Part shown: positions 58,585 through 64,000 of the stretch, in pieces
How the letters are laid out: the number at the start of each line of letters is the position of its first letter
How positions within the stretch are numbered: the stretch's first letter is position 1
From: Nemertoderma westbladi
Taxonomy: Eukaryota; Animalia; Xenacoelomorpha
Length of the DNA stretch: 64,000 nucleotides
Assembly (NCBI GenBank): GCA_032718475.1
Contig: JAUCBJ010003252.1
Location: 1 to 64,000, forward strand
Reading direction: 5' to 3'
Made by a program: the position numbers and the translations under genes
The notes under the pieces: model-generated
Told to the model about the DNA's origin: nothing
Database searches by the model: none
Seen by the model: only the letters and a program-made list of their open reading frames with translations

Positions 58585-60414
58585 AGTTGAGTCAGGTCCC
58601 CAGATCCTGCTACCACTATGGCAGTAATGTGGTACTACCTGTAGCTGTCAGCCCAGTAGGGCAGGCCCGATAAGCATAGCCTATTCATTATTCAGTTGAT
58701 CAAGAGTGGGTTGGTTTTAGCCCCATCAAGTAAATAAGTCATTGAGGGCTATAGCGCCTAGGGCACCATTGAATTCAAAGGCTTTGATATGAATCTGCAA
58801 TAGAGATGATATATGCCCGCTCTGTCTATACTGGATGCTCCTCTACCAGTGTTAGGTAACCTAGCCCAGGAGGCACACTTGGTTCAAGGTGTAACAAAAG
58901 GACCCCTACAGTCGGCAGCAGGGCTGTAGGCCATGGATAGGCGGAAGGTAATCAACCAATGGCTAGACATGCTGACAAGGTCGGCGGAGGTAATCAACCA
59001 ACAGCGACCTACTGCGAAGTCGCTTGTAGGAGTTGCGACTTGTTTACACGCAACTGAAAGATATGACTATGAGAACCCTCCAGGAGAAATACCGGCTCGG
59101 TCATCGCCTGTGTCAACAAGGACCGCATCCCTCAGTTGTACACCAGGCTGGGGTCGATAAATTGGCTTCTGGAACAGAAGACAGAGAGCCAGCAAACCCA
59201 GGACAAGCAAGCAAATCAACTATGACTGGGAGAAACTCAGAACTGACAATGCTGTAAAGGATGCTTACACAGTAGAAGTTCAAAACTGCTTTGAAGCACT
59301 TCAGTCAATGGATGAAGACCTGTCCACCGATTCAATATACCAGAATGTAATAACAGCCCACAAGGAATCAGCTAAGAGGCATATCCCCAGAAACCCAAAC
59401 GAAAACAGTATGTGCCATGGCAAAACTGTGAGGTTAATTGTAAGAGAGAAGATCTTAAGCATCATCAAAAAATGAATCAGGAAGATCATCAAACATCCAT
59501 AAATGTGGAAATATTTTCCCTTTTTCGGAATCAGCGCCGAAAATTAGCCCAATAGGTATCAAAACCACAAAAGTAGATTATTTTGAAAAGATCATTTGAA
59601 AAATTTTCACTTTTAATGCATGTTTGGTCAGTTGTTATCAGAAGGAAATTTAAATGTCATTTTTCTCGTGTTGGCGTTTTTGGGACACTTTCTCTATCTA
59701 CTTTTTAACTACTCAACGGATTTTCGTTCTGTTTGCAGAATTATGTAGAGGAATATTCCGCGCAAAAATTGTTGACAGAATTTTGAATATTTTGTTTAAA
59801 AAAAGTTATGGCATTTTTGTGTAAAATATCGCTAAATTTTGGAATTTTTTCGATTTTTCGGTATTTTTGAAACTGAAAAATGCTATAACTTTTTTTTAAA
59901 AAAAATTCAAAATTCTGTCAACAATTTTTGCAGCGGAATATTCCTCTACATAATTCTGCAAACAGAACGAAAATCGGTTGAGTAGTTAAAAAGTAGGTCG
60001 AGAAAGTATCCCAAAAAAGCCAACACAAGAAAAATTACATTTAAATTTCATCCTGATTACAACTGACCAAACATGCGCCAAAGTGACAATTTTTTCAAAT
60101 TTTTCAAATATAATCTACTTTTGTGGTTTTGATACCTATTGGGCTAATTTTCGGCGGTGATTCCGAAAATGGCAAAATATTTCCAAATTTATGGATTTTT
60201 GATGGTCTTTTTTGGTGTCAAATATGGTGCTGCACCAAAATTAAAAATTTCCAAATATTGGGTGAAAATTACAAAAGTTGCCATAACTCGAGAACAAAAC
60301 ACCTTATCGAAAAACTGATTTCAGAATCGGAATCACCATACAAATATATGACAAGACACTACTACCTATAGAAACAGGGGACTTCACACCTGCCGAACTC
60401 CAAAGAAGCATTAA
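58585..60414 (+). mobile_element. RTE family A copy 3 (complete 5' end, internal deletions, interrupted)
   Basis: 58585-59190 matches the copy 1 5' UTR, 59190-59490 matches the post-endonuclease region, and the match resumes at about 60343-60414. Confidence 0.9.
59493..60200. repeat. Long imperfect palindrome (~340-bp arms), foldback/MITE-like
   Basis: ccgaaaattagcccaataggtatcaaaaccacaaaag versus cttttgtggttttgatacctattgggctaattttcgg; centre near 59845. Confidence 0.88.
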
Positions 60415-60599
60415 CCCTTTGCACATGGCTTAATAAACTTGCATTGATCTCAAATCCGGCAGATTTTATAAAAATGAGCTATAATTTAGAACGTGTTAGA
60501 AATCAAATTATTACACTGTATTATTAAAATGAACTATAATAATGTAATAAATTATTTATAATTTATCAATTTTAACTAAATCATTAACAACTAATTTAC

Positions 60600-63070
60600 T
60601 AATTAATGAGTTTATATTTATTTTATAAAATTTTTTTTTTAAGAAAGATAAGATAAGAAATTTATTTTTCCATAAACAAAACAAAAAACAAATTGCATAG
60701 ACAAAAAAGACGAAATGTCGTCCTGTTGCTAAACCAAAAATGTCTGGGGACCATAACCGCTGCCATAAAATGAACACACCAAGGAATATTAGAACCAGTA
60801 AGTAAGTAACTCATAAGCAACTTCGAAAAAAAAATATTAAAATAACTTATGGTAATGACGGAAATATCTTGGCAGATAAAGATTATTTATTATCTTTGTT
60901 TAGCATAAAGTAGTTTATGGCAGGAGGACAGTATAATAGCTTAGCTAGTGGTTTACTGTCCCCCTGTGGGGGGGGGGGGGGGGGGGGGTGGGTTGCTGCT
61001 ACGATTAATGTTAAAATATTTAATTGAAAGTATAAAACGTTAATAAATAATATTAATATCATTTAGCTGTCGGTGTCATCAACAATGTATTATTTTTACG
61101 GAAGCTGAATTTGTATTGCTACGAACAAATGTTATATAGATTAAGATAAAAATATAATACTTATTTCCTTATTATTACTACCTATTTTCCAGGTTGTATA
61201 AAAAATTCTAAAGCTCTGAGTGAAGGTTGAGTAACAAATCTTTTATTTTTTTCAAAAAGATCGGTTTACTTGTAATTTTTCTAATAGAGGGGTTTATGTT
61301 ATTCCAAATCAGTGGACCTTGCAATGCAAGAGACTGATGGGCTACATTAAGACGCACAAGGGGAAGTATAAATGATCCTGATGCTGATGAACGTGTATTG
61401 TACGAATGGGTTGATGAAAATTTCCTAAAAAGATGGGTTAATGAAGATTTGGCATTATTATGAATATCAAACATCAATTTACAAACTTGGTATTTATATA
61501 ATTGTTCTAATGGAAGTATACTTAGGCGTTGATATATGGGTAATGACGAGGCTTGATAATGTCTGAATGTCATAACTCGTATAATTTTATTTATTTTTAT
61601 CCTAATTGGACTAGTAATAGATGTATATGTACTTCCCCAAACAATTAGTCCATACTGTATATAGGGATATATTAGAGCAAAGAATAATGTACGTAAAATG
61701 TGCAATGGAAATACATGTCTGAGTCTATAAAAAATTCCTCCAGACTTAGATATTTTATTATATATATATTGTACATGGGATCGAAAGTTTAATTGCCTAT
61801 CAATAAGTATACCTAGATATTTTGTCCTATCTACTCTATTAATTACTTGATCATTAATTATAATACTAGGGAACGACGGGGCATTTTGTTTGTTAGTGTA
61901 AAGTGTGTATTCGGTCTTTTTTATATTGAGAGACAATTTATTGTCAATCAGCCAATTTGAAATGTGAACAAGATTTGAATTGGTTCTATTAGAAAGCTGT
62001 AATAAATCCTTATCGTGTAACATTAGCGAAGTGTCATCTGCAAATAAAGTGGTAACGAAATCACTACAATTTGGTAAATCATTGATATATAACAAAAAAA
62101 GTATGGGGCCCAGAATCGAGCCTTGAGGAATACCACATAAAATAGATTTATAAGTTGAATAAGAGCCGCCTAATGAAACACGCTGCAAACGATTGGAAAG
62201 GTAACTAGAAAAGAGTGAATGAGGGATACCCCTTATGCCGTATGAATCTAATTTTTTTAATAAAATTGAGTGATCTAGCGTATCAAACGCCTTTTTAAGG
62301 TCGATATATACGACACAAGCAGAATCCCTGTCATCCAAGATAGACCACAATTTTTCAACAATTTGTAAAATTGCCTCCGATGTTGTATGTTTTTTCCTAA
62401 AACCGTGTTGGTTGCGTGTTAAAATTAAGTTTTTGTCCAGATATAAAATTAACTGAGAATAAATAATAGTCTCAAATATTTTACTAAATACCGGAAGCAG
62501 TGAAATTGGACGATAATTAGAAGTGTCACAAGGATCATCACCTTTATAAGCTGGAATTACCTTAGCTTTCTTTAAACTGTCTGGAAATAAACCTGATTTA
62601 ATACTAGAATTAATTAAATTAGCTAGATGTATGCTTATAATACTGGCGGCCAATTTTACCAGTTTCACCGGAAATGCATCATTAGTGGATGAATTTTCAT
62701 TTAAGTTTAACAAGTGATAGTGAACTTCAACAGCAGACGTTTCTATGAGACTAAAGGAATTGTATTTTTTATGACTAATATATCTTGTGGGTGAGCGTGG
62801 TGAGTGGGCAATATTAGCAGCTAATTTTGGACCTACAGTAGTGAAGAAAATGTTAAATACTTCAGCCATTTCCGAGGTTTTGGTGATTGAAATATTGCTA
62901 TTCTGAGCATCTTTGATATTTAGAGCCCTAGGTATGGCATTTGTGGAGGATTTATTTAGAGCTGTGTTAATAACCTTCCATGTTTTTTTAATATTGGATT
63001 TATTTTTTTCAAATTGGTCAGTGTAGTATTTTTTTTCTGATTGGCGTAAAAGTGAGGTAAGGTTATAACG
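60600..63070 (-). mobile_element. L2/CR1-group LINE, 5'-truncated; RT ORF 61208-62869 open (553 aa, extends upstream)
   Basis: Motifs FFTTVG, NYRPISLLP, QHGFR, DLKKAFDT, GIPQGSILGP, FADD, KYLG, HSYNTR. The 3' boundary is approximate. Confidence 0.92.
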
Positions 63071-64000
63071 AACCTGTCTTTAGACTGGGTAGTTTTTGTC
63101 TAAAGCTGAGGCCGGCAAAAACACGATGGATATATTTACCTATATATTTACCTATATCACTATATATGTCACTATATCACTCACTATGTATGTTCACCAA
63201 ATGGCTTGAAACCACTTGCATGCATTGTAAAATTGTAAACGCAAGTATTTATCAATTGTTGTCTAGTTGTTGAATAAAAAAGTTGGGAACGATTCGAAGT
63301 GCGATATTCGAAATATTTGCATATTTTCAACATTATTGAACGCGAAATTAAATACCCACAACTCCCTTGCTTGAAATGTTTTTCAGGTGATTGATATTTA
63401 GCAATTATTATGAGGTTACTTACTACTGAAATCTGACAGAATGCCAAACGTATTATTATAGTTCTATCTCTATTCAGCCAGTTAGTGTAATGTCAAGCAG
63501 TACATCATTTATATATCGTATGTATCTATAGGGCCTAATTGCCATCGTTATAATACTGTCATCAACTTAGGCTAAGCTCAATTGTAATGCAAAGGCTTAG
63601 TAGGTTTTGTATATCTGGGACGTTTACAACAGCTGTCGATTAAACTAACAAAACCATAAAACTGAACCAGGGTGGCTGCCAGCCGGGTACCAACGGCTGT
63701 TGGGTAGACTTAAGGGAACATTTCACAAACTTTCATAGGATGCTTGTACATGTACATTATATTGGTTGCTCCGATGTTTTTATTAGGCTAACTGAGAATG
63801 TATCAGGTATAAATACTGTAATTATAGTGTTCTTTATTTTATTTATCTAATACAGAAAAGACCCCTCCGCAGAATAAACTGCTCTTTTGGGCCGTTTCTC
63901 AGGTTGCGGATATGGATACCATTTCACACATCATCGTAGTAATTGTGATTATGATTTGTTTGCCTAGGCGAATGTGTATTACATTAGATGGGAGGCAGTT

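Noticed and set aside
60411-60480. TTAA|CCCTTTGCAC possible left end of another piggyBac-type element
   Set aside because: No matching right TIR found in the window.
882-60990. Many long poly-G/poly-C runs (e.g. 1085, 2488, 5537, 42310, 46110, 55200, 60968)
   Set aside because: Scattered through unrelated repeats, and homopolymer lengths are error-prone; no evidence of a specific function.

Overview
AT-rich eukaryotic (probably invertebrate animal) genomic DNA dominated by nested transposable elements. The backbone from about 8.3 to 31.3 kb is a tandem array of ~243-252-bp units. Each unit is a phase-1/phase-1 exon (mostly 126 nt, some 123 nt) encoding one calcium-binding EGF module ([42 protein letters not shown]) plus a ~120-bp intron. 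There are 26 full and 1 truncated copies on +, and 2 degenerate copies on - near 56.7-56.9 kb. The array is interrupted by RTE and CR1 LINEs and piggyBac-type elements, and ends at a BEL/Pao-associated LTR; that exon/LTR junction is duplicated in inverted orientation about 21 kb downstream. The spacer holds BEL remnants, a Penelope fragment, Sola1 and Sola2 transposons (the Sola2 transposase looks intact after splicing), and an unclassified ~15-kb insertion bounded by ~355-bp inverted repeats that carries an orphan ORF. The left end has a two-exon, GC-richer 342-aa orphan gene followed by a 35-bp satellite; the right end has an L2/CR1-group LINE. All calls and coordinates were read by eye, with no database searches.
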